Shown one piece after another: positions 10,126 through 22,496 of a stretch of DNA of 64,000 nucleotides. Within the stretch, counting starts at the first letter, position 1; each line of letters begins with the position of its first letter. Under the pieces are notes generated by a model. The model did not search any database, was not told where the DNA came from, and worked only from the letters and a program-made list of their open reading frames with translations. The translations under genes were made by a program, and so were the position numbers. The stretch comes from Myxococcota bacterium (lineage in GTDB: Bacteria; Myxococcota_A; UBA9160; UBA6930), in contig OZ245002.1 in NCBI GenBank assembly GCA_965223415.1, forward strand, positions 1,888,001 through 1,952,000, given 5' to 3'.

Positions 10126-11283
10126 ATGCAGCTCAAGTACGGATGCAACCCCCACCAGAGTTTTGCCTCGGCGGAGCCCCTTGCCGACGGCACCGCGCCG
10201 GTCACGCTACTGAACGGCAATCCCTCCTATATCAACTACCTCGACGCCCTGAACGCCTGGCAGCTCGTCCACGAGGCACGGCAGGCGACGGGCCTCCCGG
10301 CGGCGGCCTCCTTCAAGCACGTCTCGCCGGCGGGTGCGGCGGTGGCGCATCCGCTCTCGGAGCCGCTGGCGCGGGCCTACGAGGTGGCGGGCAAGCAGCT
10401 CACGCCTGCGGCCCTGGCCTACGTGCGGGCCCGGGGCGCCGATCCGAAGTGCTCCTTCGGCGACTTCGCCGCGCTCTCGGATCCCGTCGACCTGGAGACC
10501 GCGCAGTTCCTGAAGGGCGTGGTCTCCGACGGCATCGTGGCGCCGGGCTTCGAGCCCGAGGCGCTCGCGATCCTGAAGGCCAAGAAGAACGGCGGCTTCA
10601 TCGTGCTCCAAGCCGATGCCGCCTTCGTCGCGCCGGCCCGGGAGGAGCGCGAGGTCTTCGGCATGAAGCTCGTGCAGGACCGCAACGCCCACCTCGTCGC
10701 GCCCTCGGATCTGGAAGGCGTGGTGTGCGGCGAGCTCACCGAGGACGCGAAGCGGGATCTGCTGCTCGGCCTGGTGGCGCTCAAGTACACCCAGTCGAAC
10801 TCGGTCGGCTACGCCCTGGACGGCCAGATGATCGGCATCGGTGCCGGCCAGCAGAGCCGGGTCGATTGCACGAAGCTGGCCGGCGGCAAGGCGGATCTCT
10901 GGCACCTCGGAACCCACCCCAAGGTGCTCGGCCTCTCCTTCAAGAAAGGCGTGAAGCGGCAGGAGAGGATCAACTGGCGGGTTCGCTACATCGAAGGCGA
11001 CCTCACCGCCTTCGAGGAGCAGGCGCTAGGCGACGCTCTCGACCACCGGCTCGAGCCCCTCACCGACGACGAGCGCGGCGAGTGGATCGCGGGCCTGGAC
11101 GGCGTCTGCCTCGCTTCCGACGGCTTCATCCCCTTCCGCGACAACATCGACCACGCCCAGAAGCACGGCGTCCGTTTCATCGCCCAGCCCGGCGGCTCCA
11201 CCCGCGACGACGACGTGGAGGCAGCCTGCCGCGAGTACGCCATCACCCTCGTACACACCAAGCTCCGCCTGTTCCACCATTGA
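10126..11283 (+). CDS. purH: AICAR transformylase, stand-alone form lacking the IMP cyclohydrolase domain
   Basis: LKYGCNPHQ, SYINYLD, SFKHVSPAG, KYTQSNSV, GAGQQSR, ASDGFIPFRD, QPGGS, RLFHH. Confidence 0.88.
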   Translation: MQLKYGCNPHQSFASAEPLADGTAPVTLLNGNPSYINYLDALNAWQLVHEARQATGLPAAASFKHVSPAGAAVAHPLSEPLARAYEVAGKQLTPAALAYVRARGADPKCSFGDFAALSDPVDLETAQFLKGVVSDGIVAPGFEPEALAILKAKKNGGFIVLQADAAFVAPAREEREVFGMKLVQDRNAHLVAPSDLEGVVCGELTEDAKRDLLLGLVALKYTQSNSVGYALDGQMIGIGAGQQSRVDCTKLAGGKADLWHLGTHPKVLGLSFKKGVKRQERINWRVRYIEGDLTAFEEQALGDALDHRLEPLTDDERGEWIAGLDGVCLASDGFIPFRDNIDHAQKHGVRFIAQPGGSTRDDDVEAACREYAITLVHTKLRLFHH

Positions 11284-11294
11284 GTCGAGAAACG

Positions 11295-11367
11295 TGAAGA
11301 AACGGGGCCAGAGTTTAGAATTCAGTTTCTCCGAAACTGAATTCTAAACTCTGGCCCCGTTTCTTCA
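11295..11367. repeat. Perfect 35 bp inverted repeat with 3 nt loop (REP-like; may also act as a bidirectional terminator)
   Basis: tgaagaaacggggccagagtttagaattcagtttc-tcc-reverse complement, between convergent purH and rpoD. Confidence 0.9.
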
Positions 11368-11369
11368 GG

Positions 11370-13193
<1,824 letters not shown>

Positions 13194-13208
13194 GGGGGTC
13201 TCCTTCGC

Positions 13209-14936
13209 TCACACAGCAGGCAGGCGCTGTCTCCGGTTCAGCAATTCAGCGTTCTTCTCGGCGAGCAGCTTCGCGTCGGCAGCGAGCCGGCGGTTCAGCT
13301 CCTCGCGCTCGCGCCTCTCGCGAAGCGCACGGACCTTGGCGAGGGCGTCGCCCAGGGCGCGAGCCGCGAGGGCGCTCTCCTCCAGATCGCCCAGGGCCTT
13401 CGCCGCCAGCTCCGAGAGGAGCCGCCGCGGCTCGCCTTCCAGGCGATCGAGCAGGACGTCGGCGGACGCGCCGCCCGCGATCTCCCGGGCCAGGGCCTCG
13501 AGCTCCGGATCCGGCGCCACCGCCACCAGGTCCTCGGCCTGGGCCAGGAGCTCCGGATGGGCCAGCAGCACCTGGAGGGCGAGCTCGTAGTGACGATGCT
13601 CGGGGCCGCGGACCCGGGGGCCGGCCGGAGCGGCCACCTCGGCGGAGGTGTCGCCGGCCAGGGCCTTGCGCAACGCCGCGTCGATGTCGTGGGCCTCCAC
13701 GCCCGTGGCCATCGCCAGCCGGCGCACGGTCTCGGCCCGCTCGACCGGGTCCGGCACCAGGGCGAGCAAGGGCACGACGGCGTTCGCGGCGTCGGCGCGC
13801 TCCCAGGGCGTGGCCACGCCCGCGGCCACGGCCCGGGCGATGGCAACCTCGAGAGCCGGAGCCGCCTCGTCGATGAGCTGGACGAGCGCCTCGGCCCCCT
13901 CGGCCTGCAGCAGGTCGTCCGGATCCTGGCCCGACGGCAGCGCCGCCGCCGCGACGCGCAGGCCCTGGGGAAGCAGGATCTCGAGGGCGCGCAGCATCGC
14001 CCGCTGCCCGGCGTCGTCACCATCGAAGAGCAGCACCACATTGCGGGTGCGACGGCGCAGGTCCCGGGCGTGCTGCTCGGTGAGGGCGGTGCCGCAGGTC
14101 GCGACCGCCTCGCCCACGCCGGCCCGAGCCAGCGCCACCCAATCGAAGTAGCCCTCCACGACGACGACCCGATCCTTCTTGCGAATCGGCTCCAGTGCGA
14201 AGGGGAAGCCGTAGAAGGCGCGTCGCTTGTGGAAGACCGGGCTCTCCGGCGTGTTCAGGTACTTGGGCTCCTGGTCCTTGCCGATGGCCCGACCGCCGAA
14301 GGCGATCACGCGGCCGCGAGCGTCCTGGATCGGGAAGGTGATGCGCCCGCGCAGCATGTCGAAGTGGCCGCCGCGCTCCCGGGCCTTGAGCAGCCCCGCC
14401 TTCTCGCCGATCTCCGCCGGGATCTGCTCGCGGTGCAGCACTGACACGAGCGCGTCCCAGCGATCCGGCGCGAAGCCGATGCCGTAGCGTTCGGCGATCT
14501 CCCGATCGAGGCCGCGCCCGGCGAGATAGCTGCGCGCGGCAGCACCGTCGTCGCCCATGAGCGCCCGACGGTAGAGGGCCTGGGCGGTGAGGTTCGCGCC
14601 GAGCACCGGCTCGGTCACGCTCGGCGCGCTGCCGCCGACCTCCTCCTTGATCTCGATGCCGACCTCGCCCGCCAGGCTGCGCACGGCCTCCGGGAAGGTC
14701 AGGCCCTCGTGCTTCATCAGGAAGGAGAAGACGTTGCCTCCCTCCTGACAGCCGAAGCAGTGATAGCTACCGCGATCCGGGGAGACGTTGAAGGACGGCG
14801 TCTTCTCCTCGTGGAAGGGACACAGGCCCTTCCAGTTCCGCCCCGCCTTCTTGAGGCTGACGACGCGTCCGATCACGTCGACGACGTCGACGCGGTCACG
14901 CACCGCCTGGATCGTGTCCTCGGGGATTCGAGCCAT
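13209..14936 (-). CDS. dnaG: DNA primase
   Basis: CPFHEEKTPSF, CFGC, KYLNTPES, VVEGYFD, FDGDDAG, DPDD. Confidence 0.97.
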   Translation of the reverse strand: MARIPEDTIQAVRDRVDVVDVIGRVVSLKKAGRNWKGLCPFHEEKTPSFNVSPDRGSYHCFGCQEGGNVFSFLMKHEGLTFPEAVRSLAGEVGIEIKEEVGGSAPSVTEPVLGANLTAQALYRRALMGDDGAAARSYLAGRGLDREIAERYGIGFAPDRWDALVSVLHREQIPAEIGEKAGLLKARERGGHFDMLRGRITFPIQDARGRVIAFGGRAIGKDQEPKYLNTPESPVFHKRRAFYGFPFALEPIRKKDRVVVVEGYFDWVALARAGVGEAVATCGTALTEQHARDLRRRTRNVVLLFDGDDAGQRAMLRALEILLPQGLRVAAAALPSGQDPDDLLQAEGAEALVQLIDEAAPALEVAIARAVAAGVATPWERADAANAVVPLLALVPDPVERAETVRRLAMATGVEAHDIDAALRKALAGDTSAEVAAPAGPRVRGPEHRHYELALQVLLAHPELLAQAEDLVAVAPDPELEALAREIAGGASADVLLDRLEGEPRRLLSELAAKALGDLEESALAARALGDALAKVRALRERREREELNRRLAADAKLLAEKNAELLNRRQRLPAV

Positions 14937-14972
14937 CCGCCCCTGGCTACCCCCCGCGGCTTGGCCTGCGCG

Positions 14973-15170
14973 TCAGCGCGCCATCCGCTTGAGCTTCTTG
15001 AGGGCGCGCTTCCGTGCCGCGGCTGCCTTCTTCTTCTTCCGAATGCTCGGCTTGTCGAAGTATTCGCGGCGGCGGAGCTCGGTCAGGATGCCTGCCTTCT
15101 CCACCTGCTTCTTGAAGCGCTTCAGCGCCACCTCGAAGGGCTCGTTGTCCTTGACCTTCACGACCGGCAT
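14973..15170 (-). CDS. rpsU: 30S ribosomal protein S21
   Basis: [33 protein letters not shown]; upstream of dnaG-rpoD. Confidence 0.95.
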   Translation of the reverse strand: MPVVKVKDNEPFEVALKRFKKQVEKAGILTELRRREYFDKPSIRKKKKAAAARKRALKKLKRMAR

Positions 15171-15433
15171 GCGGTTTCGCTCTCCTGGAACGTAGGTCGC
15201 GGACGTGTCACGGGACCCCCCGAGGCCAGCCCCGATCCCCCCTGGACCGGAGCCACCCTTCCTAAGGGAGTGGCCCGAAACGCGCACGCGTGTCGAGTTG
15301 CAGCTGCGCGAAAGCCCCTCGACGGACGAGGTGGGGGGCGAAAAACCTCAAGAAAATCGGAGGATTGGGGCCTTCCACGCGGACGCGGGAAGCTAGCGCA
15401 CGGCCCTCGGGGCATCAACCAGGCCGGGCCGGC

Positions 15434-16266
<833 letters not shown>

Positions 16267-16276
<10 letters not shown>

Positions 16277-16998
16277 GAAGCCGCCTCCAATGCGTCGGCA
16301 AGCTCGATGGAGCCGTCGTAGAGGGCGCGTCCGACGATCACGCCGGCGAGGCCCAGGCGCGCCGCCGCACGGATGTGCTCCAGGTCGCCGACGCCGCCGG
16401 AGGCGATGACGGGAACCCCGACCTGCTCGGCCAGGGCAGCCGTCGCCTCCAGGTTCGGCCCGGTGCCCATGCCGTCCCGCGCGATGTCCGTGTGGATCAG
16501 TGCCGCGACACCCGCATCCTCGAACCGCCTGGCGAGGCTGACGACGTCCACATCGCTGGTCTCGAGCCAGCCCTCGACGGCGATCCGTCCGTCCTTCGCG
16601 TCCACCCCCACCGCCACCTGGCCGGGGAACTCGCGGGCGGCCCGCTTCACGAGCTCGGGATCCCGCAACGCCGCCGTTCCCAGGATGACGCGCTCCACGC
16701 CCAGCTCGATCCACTCCGCGACGCTGTCCCGCGTTCGGATCCCGCCGCCCAGCTCGACGGGAACACCCTTCATCTCCGCCAGGATCGCCCGTACCGCGTC
16801 CCGATTGCAGGGCCGCCCTTCCTTCGCCCCGTCGAGATCCACCACGTGCAGCCGCCGAAGCCCGGCCCCGTGCGACGCGAACCGCCGCGCCACCGCTCCC
16901 GGATCCGCGTCGTACACCGTCGCCGCGTCGTACCGCCCCTGCGCGAGCCGCACACAGCTCCCCCCCAACAAATCGATCGCCGGAATCATCTCGAACAT
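16267..16998 (-). CDS. hisA: ProFAR isomerase
   Basis: [38 protein letters not shown]. Confidence 0.95.
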
Positions 16999-17048
16999 GT
17001 TGCGTTGGGGGCCGGTTCCGTTTGTTGCGTTGTCGCGTTGGCAAGGGG

Positions 17049-17687
17049 CTAGTAGAGGGGGAGGGCGATCGCGACCTGCTCGGCACCCCAGGTGAGGAGC
17101 TCCTCGGCGGTGAGCCAGCGGGAGCCGCCGCCGGGGTAGCGGGAGGCGTCGAGGAGGTTCTCGGTGAGCGGGCGCTGGGTCTCGTCGAAGTTGCCGGTCC
17201 ACAGGCGCGCGGCGCCGGGGGCGGCATGGAGATCGACCTCGAAGCCCACCGTGGCGGCGCGGGTGGCGCCGGCGGCGCTGCCCTCGCGAGCGACCAGGCG
17301 GTTCAGGGAGCCGAGCAGCACCGCGTCGGCACCGAATTCCCGGGCGGCGAGGGTGGCCACCTGTCTCGGCAGGAGGCGCTTCTCCGTGATGCCCGCCGCC
17401 TCGAGCGCGACCGCCACGTCCGACGGCGGGATCACCTCGACGCCCCGCGCGAGGAGCGCCTCGGCGAAGCGGTTGCCCAGGAGCTCCGCCGCCACGGCGG
17501 CCTCCAGCTCGCCCGCCTTCGTGCCGATCAGTCGCTCCGCGAGCGCGAAGGGCGCGATCGCGACCTTGGTGATCTGCCCCTGGTCGCGCAGGGCCGGGTG
17601 GGCGCGGCCCTTCACGGTCTGCACGCAGCCGGTGATCGACACCAGCAGCGCGAAGAGGACGAGGGGAAGTCGGGTCGCGTTCAGCAT
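17049..17687 (-). CDS. Hypothetical lipoprotein inside the his operon
   Basis: Signal peptide with lipobox ITGC; KVAIAPF...ADAVLLG (CsgG/TolB-N-like pattern). Confidence 0.7.
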   Translation of the reverse strand: MLNATRLPLVLFALLVSITGCVQTVKGRAHPALRDQGQITKVAIAPFALAERLIGTKAGELEAAVAAELLGNRFAEALLARGVEVIPPSDVAVALEAAGITEKRLLPRQVATLAAREFGADAVLLGSLNRLVAREGSAAGATRAATVGFEVDLHAAPGAARLWTGNFDETQRPLTENLLDASRYPGGGSRWLTAEELLTWGAEQVAIALPLY

Positions 17688-18331
17688 GCGTCGATCCACC
17701 GTGCGAAGGCGTCGAGCAGACGCCGTCCCGCGTTCTGGCTCTTCTCGGGATGGAATTGAACGGCGAAGGCCGAGCCCCGTGCCACCGCGGCGGCGAAGGA
17801 CAGGCCACCGTACTCACAGGTGCCCACCTCGTCTTCGCTCCGGGCCGGCTCCGCGCGATAGCTGTGGACGAAGTAGTAGACGTCCCGCGCGGGCAGGGCC
17901 TCGAGCATCGGGTGATCGCCGGCGAAGCGCACCTCGTTCCAGCCGATGTGGGGCACGCGGAGCGAGCCGCCCGCCGCGTTCCGCGCCGGGAAGCGCTCGA
18001 CCCGTCCCGCTAGGAGGTCGAGCCCCGGATTCTCCCCGTGCTCGCTGCTCGCCTCGAACAGCAGCTGCAGGCCGAGGCAGAGCCCCAGGTAGGGGCGGCC
18101 GGCGCCGATCCCCTCCCGCACCGCGGCGTCGAGGCCCTTGCCGCGCAGGCTCGTCACCGCGTCGGCGAAGGCACCGACACCCGGCAGCACCACCGCGTCC
18201 GCTGCGCGCACGCCCACCGCATCGCCGCACACTTCCGCGCGCAGCCCGGAGCGCTCCAGCGCCTTGGCGACACTGCGCAGGTTGCCGGCGCCGTAGTCGA
18301 CGACGGCCACGCGGGGGGAGCTGGCGGGCAT
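17681..18331 (-). CDS. hisH: Imidazole glycerol phosphate synthase glutaminase subunit
   Basis: DYGAGNL, LPGVGAF, GLCLGLQ, PHIGWN, YFVHSY, QFHPEKS. Confidence 0.96.
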   Translation of the reverse strand: MPASSPRVAVVDYGAGNLRSVAKALERSGLRAEVCGDAVGVRAADAVVLPGVGAFADAVTSLRGKGLDAAVREGIGAGRPYLGLCLGLQLLFEASSEHGENPGLDLLAGRVERFPARNAAGGSLRVPHIGWNEVRFAGDHPMLEALPARDVYYFVHSYRAEPARSEDEVGTCEYGGLSFAAAVARGSAFAVQFHPEKSQNAGRRLLDAFARWIDAC

Positions 18332-18333
18332 CG

Positions 18334-18924
18334 CTACAGGGCGCCCTTCACCGAGGGCACGTCGTCGTGGCGCGGGTCGAGCTCGAGGGCCTGGCGCAAC
18401 GCGCGGGCCAGCCCCTTGAACACCGCCTCCACGATGTGGTGGGGGCTCTTGCCGTAACGGAGCTCCACGTGCAGATCGAGTCCGGCGTTCTGGGCGAGAG
18501 CGTAGAGGAAGTCCTCGGCCAGGGAGGCGTCGAAGCGGCCGACGCGATCGTTCTCGAGCGGCACGCGGTACACCAGGTACGCGCGGTTCGAGACGTCGAG
18601 GGACACCTCGACCTTGCTCTCCGCCATCGGCAGCACCTGGCTGCCGTAGCGGCGGATGCCCCGCGCCTCACCGAGGGCCTGGCGGATCGCCTGGCCGAGC
18701 ACGATGCCCACATCCTCGACCGTGTGGTGCAGGTCCACCTCGAGATCGCCCTTCGCCCGCAGATGCAGATCGAAGAGCCCGTGCTTGGCGAAGCTCTCCA
18801 GCATGTGGTCGAAGAACGGGATGCCGGTGGATACGTCGTACTGCCCCGTCCCGTCGATCTCGAAGGCGAGACGGATCTCCGTCTCGCGGGTCTTGCGCTC
18901 GATCGTCGCTGCCCGACCGCTCAT
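18334..18924 (-). CDS. hisB: Imidazoleglycerol-phosphate dehydratase
   Basis: RKTRET, FFDHML, DLHHTVED, HHIVEAVFK, PSVKGAL. Confidence 0.96.
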   Translation of the reverse strand: MSGRAATIERKTRETEIRLAFEIDGTGQYDVSTGIPFFDHMLESFAKHGLFDLHLRAKGDLEVDLHHTVEDVGIVLGQAIRQALGEARGIRRYGSQVLPMAESKVEVSLDVSNRAYLVYRVPLENDRVGRFDASLAEDFLYALAQNAGLDLHVELRYGKSPHHIVEAVFKGLARALRQALELDPRHDDVPSVKGAL

Positions 18925-18926
18925 GA

Positions 18927-20297
18927 CTAGATCTCCAGCTCCGCCTCGCGGGCGGCCTCGCGCTCCCGTCGCGCCCGGCGGATCTTCTGCAGTCGCAGCT
19001 CCACCGACGCACCGTGGCCCGTGAAGCCCTCCATCTCGGCGAGCCGCATCACGTCGGCGCCGAGCTCCCGCAGCTTCGGCGGCTCGAAGCGCACGAAGGC
19101 CGTGCGCTTCAGGAAGTCGTCGATGCCGAGCGGAGAGAAGAAGCGCGCGGTGCCGCCGGTCGGCAGCACGTGGTTCGGCCCCGCCAGGTAGTCGCCCACG
19201 GCCACCGGCGTGTAGTGCCCGAGGAAGACCGTGCCTGCGTTCTCCACCTTCTTGAGCGCCACGTCGGGTGCGTCGATGGCCAGCACCAGGTGCTCCGGCG
19301 CGTAGCGGTTCGCCACCTCGATCGACTGGTCGAGATCCTTCGTCACGATCGCCGCGCCCCCGGCCTTGAGCGCCGCCCGGGCGATCTTCTCGCGCCCCTG
19401 GCCCTTCAGCTGCTTGGCGATCTGGTCCTGCACCCGCGTCGCGATCGACTTCACGTGGGTGACGAGCACGGCGCTGGCGCCTTCCTCGTGCTCGGCCTGG
19501 GAGATCAGGTCCGCGGCCACCCACGCCGGCGTGGCGGTCTTGTCGGCCACCACCACCACCTCGGTGGCACCGGCCTCGCTGTCGATGTCGACCTCGCCGA
19601 ACACCTGGCGCTTGGCCTCCTGCACCCACGCGTTGCCGGGTCCGACGATCTTGTCGACCCGCGGCACGCTCTCGGTGCCGAAGGAGAGCGCGGCCACCGC
19701 CTGGGCGCCGCCCATCTTGAAGACGCGGTGCACGCCGGCCACCTTGGCCGCCATCAGCACCTCCTTGCGGATGCTGCCGTCGGCCTGGGGAGGCGTGGCC
19801 ATGATGATCTCCGGCACCTCCACCACCGAGGCGGGCACCGCGTTCATGATCACCGTCGAGGGATAGCTGGCCTTGCCCCCGGGCACGTAGATGCCGACGC
19901 GCTGCAGCGCGCGCACGCGCTGGCCCATGAAGCCGCCGCCCTCTTCGCGCATCTCCCAGCTCGAGGGGATGCGTTTCTTGTGGAACTCCCGCACGCGCAT
20001 GGCGGCCTTGCCGAGGGCCGCCCGATCCGCGGGATCGACGGCCTCGCAGGCCTCCTCCCACTCGTCGCGCTGCACCTCGAGCTCGTCCAGCGCGGCGCCG
20101 TCGAACTTCTTGGTGAGGGCCAGGACACCGTCGTCCCCCTCTTCACGCACCTGCTCGACGATCTTCTGGACCTGCTTGCCCAGGCTCTCGTCGCGCTCCT
20201 CCCGCCGCCGGCACAGCTTCTCGAACGCGCGCTCGAAGCCCGCGTCGCCCGCCTGCAGCTGCTTGAGGATCCCCGCCTTCGTCGCACGGCTCGCCAT
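18927..20297 (-). CDS. hisD: Histidinol dehydrogenase
   Basis: [49 protein letters not shown]. Confidence 0.95.
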   Translation of the reverse strand: MASRATKAGILKQLQAGDAGFERAFEKLCRRREERDESLGKQVQKIVEQVREEGDDGVLALTKKFDGAALDELEVQRDEWEEACEAVDPADRAALGKAAMRVREFHKKRIPSSWEMREEGGGFMGQRVRALQRVGIYVPGGKASYPSTVIMNAVPASVVEVPEIIMATPPQADGSIRKEVLMAAKVAGVHRVFKMGGAQAVAALSFGTESVPRVDKIVGPGNAWVQEAKRQVFGEVDIDSEAGATEVVVVADKTATPAWVAADLISQAEHEEGASAVLVTHVKSIATRVQDQIAKQLKGQGREKIARAALKAGGAAIVTKDLDQSIEVANRYAPEHLVLAIDAPDVALKKVENAGTVFLGHYTPVAVGDYLAGPNHVLPTGGTARFFSPLGIDDFLKRTAFVRFEPPKLRELGADVMRLAEMEGFTGHGASVELRLQKIRRARREREAAREAELEI

Positions 20298-21193
20298 CGT
20301 TCACCCCCCCCCGCCGCGGGTCTTCGACCCGCGACCACCCGCGCCCGGTCCGCGAGGTCCCGGTGCGCCGTCACCTGTTCGAAGCCGGCCTCCTGCAGCC
20401 AGCTCGCCATCTCCTCGGCCTGATGCGGCGCCAGCTCGACGCCGAGCCAGCCGCCCGGGCGAAGCCGCTCCCCGGCCTCGCTCGCGACGCGCTGCAGCAG
20501 CTCGGTGCCGAGGGGCCCCGCGAAGAGCGCCCGCTTCGGCTCGTGGGCGAGCTCCGGCGCCAGCTCCGCGGCGTCGCCTTCCGCCAGGTAGGGCGGGTTC
20601 GACACGATCATGTCAAAGCGTCGATCCGCCACCGGCGCGAAGCCGTCGCCGCACAGCAGCTCCACGCGCTCCGCCAGCTCGAGCCGCTCCGCGTTGCCCC
20701 GAGCCACCTCGAGGGCCGCCGCCGAGAGATCGGTGGCGGTGACCTGCGCCTCGGGTCGCTCCTTCGCCAGCGCCAGCGCGATCGCTCCGGAGCCGGTGCC
20801 GAGATCGAGGATCCGCAGCGCGGTCTCCCCGTCCTCGGTGGCCCGAAGGGCGGCCTCGACCAGCGTCTCGGTCTCCGGCCGGGGAACCAGCACGTCCGGC
20901 GTCACCTCGAGCGGAAGCGACCAGAACTCCTTCGTCCCGAGCAGCAGGGCCACGGGCACGCGCTCCTCGGCCCGGCGGCGCACCAGCTCGCGGAAGCGCG
21001 CCCGCTCCTCCGGCGTCACCGGCTTCTCGAAATCGAGGTAGAGGCGCAGGCGCTCGACCTTTAGCGCGGCGGCGAGCAGGCACTCGGCGTCGAGACGCGG
21101 CGAGTCGATGCCCTTCTCCACGAAGAAGCCCGTGGTCCACTGGAGGAGCTCCAGCACCGTCCAGCGCCGGGCGTCGGCGGCGGGCCGGCTCAC
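19850..21193 (-). CDS. prmC: Release factor glutamine methyltransferase; recognisable part ends near 20330 and the frame runs on into hisD
   Basis: [21 protein letters not shown]; directly downstream of prfA. Confidence 0.9.
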   Translation of the reverse strand: MSRPAADARRWTVLELLQWTTGFFVEKGIDSPRLDAECLLAAALKVERLRLYLDFEKPVTPEERARFRELVRRRAEERVPVALLLGTKEFWSLPLEVTPDVLVPRPETETLVEAALRATEDGETALRILDLGTGSGAIALALAKERPEAQVTATDLSAAALEVARGNAERLELAERVELLCGDGFAPVADRRFDMIVSNPPYLAEGDAAELAPELAHEPKRALFAGPLGTELLQRVASEAGERLRPGGWLGVELAPHQAEEMASWLQEAGFEQVTAHRDLADRARVVAGRRPAAGGGERWRAVRRRRGSSSSCRRATRASSARSRSCAGGGRSATRAWASRSRRSSSRCVKRGTTVSWPSPRSSTAPRWTSSRCSATSGRRPARPSIPRIGRPSARPPCACGSSTRNASPRAGRCAKRAAASWASACARCSASASTCPGARPAIPRR

Positions 21194-22260
21194 AGGTCCT
21201 TCTCCGCCTGCTCGGCGAGGGCGCCGTGCACGCCGTCGAGCAGCTCGTCGAGATCGCCTTCCATGCAGCTCTCGAGCTTGTGCATGGTGAAGCTGGCCCG
21301 GTGATCGGTCACGCGGTTCTGGGGGAAGTTGTAGGTGCGGATCTTCTCGCTGCGCTCGCCACTCCCGACCTGGGCGCGGCGCTCACTGGCGCGCTCGGCG
21401 TGCTGGCGCTCGAGCTCGGCCTCGAGCAGCCGCGAGCGCAGCACCTTCATCGCCTTGGCCTTGTTCTTGTGCTGGCTCTTTTCGTCCTGGCAGGTCACGA
21501 CGACGCCGGTGGGCTCGTGGGTGATGCGCACGGCCGAGTCGGTGGTGTTCACGCTCTGGCCGCCGGGGCCCGAGGAGCGGAACACGTCGATGCGCAGATC
21601 GTTCGCGTCGATCTCGACGTCGACCTCCTCGGCTTCGGGCATCACCGCCACCGTCACCGTCGAGGTGTGGATGCGGCCCTGGCTCTCGGTGCTGGGCACA
21701 CGCTGCACCCGGTGCACGCCCTTCTCGAGCTTGAGCCGCCCGAACACGCTGCGCCCGCCGACGGAGACGATCGCCTCCTTGAGGCCGCCGCCGTCGGTCT
21801 CGGAGACCGAGATCGGCTCGATCTTCCAGCCGCGGCTCTCGGCGTAGCGCGAGTACATGCGGAAGAGATCGCCGGCGAACAGCGCCGCCTCGTCGCCGCC
21901 GGTTCCGGCGCGCAGCTCGAGGATCGCGTCCTTCTCGTCGTTGGGATCCTTGGGGATGAGGAGCAGGCGGATCTCCGCCTCGAGCTCGTCCCGGCGGGCC
22001 TCGAGATCGGCGAGCTCGCTCTCGGCCAGCTCCCGCATCTCGGGATCGTCCTCGCCGAGCATCTCCTTGGCGTCGGCGATGCCCTGCACCGCCTCCCGCC
22101 AGGCGCGACCCGCCTCGAGCAGGGGACGCAGCTCGGCCAGCTGCTTGCCGACGCTGGCCAGCTCGGAGGGCTGCTTCGTCAGGGCCGGATCGGCGAGGCG
22201 CTGCTCCAGCTCCTCGCCCGTCGCCTCGGCCTGGCGAATCTGCTCGGTCCAGTCGGCCAT
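21190..22260 (-). CDS. prfA: Peptide chain release factor 1
   Basis: GGQ motif (GPGGQSVN), PxT motif (RVPST), [10 protein letters not shown]. Confidence 0.96.
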   Translation of the reverse strand: MADWTEQIRQAEATGEELEQRLADPALTKQPSELASVGKQLAELRPLLEAGRAWREAVQGIADAKEMLGEDDPEMRELAESELADLEARRDELEAEIRLLLIPKDPNDEKDAILELRAGTGGDEAALFAGDLFRMYSRYAESRGWKIEPISVSETDGGGLKEAIVSVGGRSVFGRLKLEKGVHRVQRVPSTESQGRIHTSTVTVAVMPEAEEVDVEIDANDLRIDVFRSSGPGGQSVNTTDSAVRITHEPTGVVVTCQDEKSQHKNKAKAMKVLRSRLLEAELERQHAERASERRAQVGSGERSEKIRTYNFPQNRVTDHRASFTMHKLESCMEGDLDELLDGVHGALAEQAEKDL

Positions 22261-22496
22261 CAGCTCTCTCGGAACCCGGCCCCGGCGAGCGTCCCTCCCC
22301 GCCCGGGCTCCACGAAGAAGATCAAACGCTTCGGGGGGTTACAGGAGGCCGGCGCGCTCGTGAAGGCGGCCCGGGCCACCGGACGGGCGGCTCGGGCGGT
22401 CTCCCCTGGGCATGCGAGTGCAGCGCGCGCGCGACATGACCGGAGGCTCGCCGATCGGGAGGCGCGGCGCAAGTTCTCGACGAAAAAGGGAAATCT

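Noticed and set aside
22261..22496. Possible small gene (such as rpmE) or RNA upstream of prfA
   Set aside because: No recognisable protein or RNA motif in any frame
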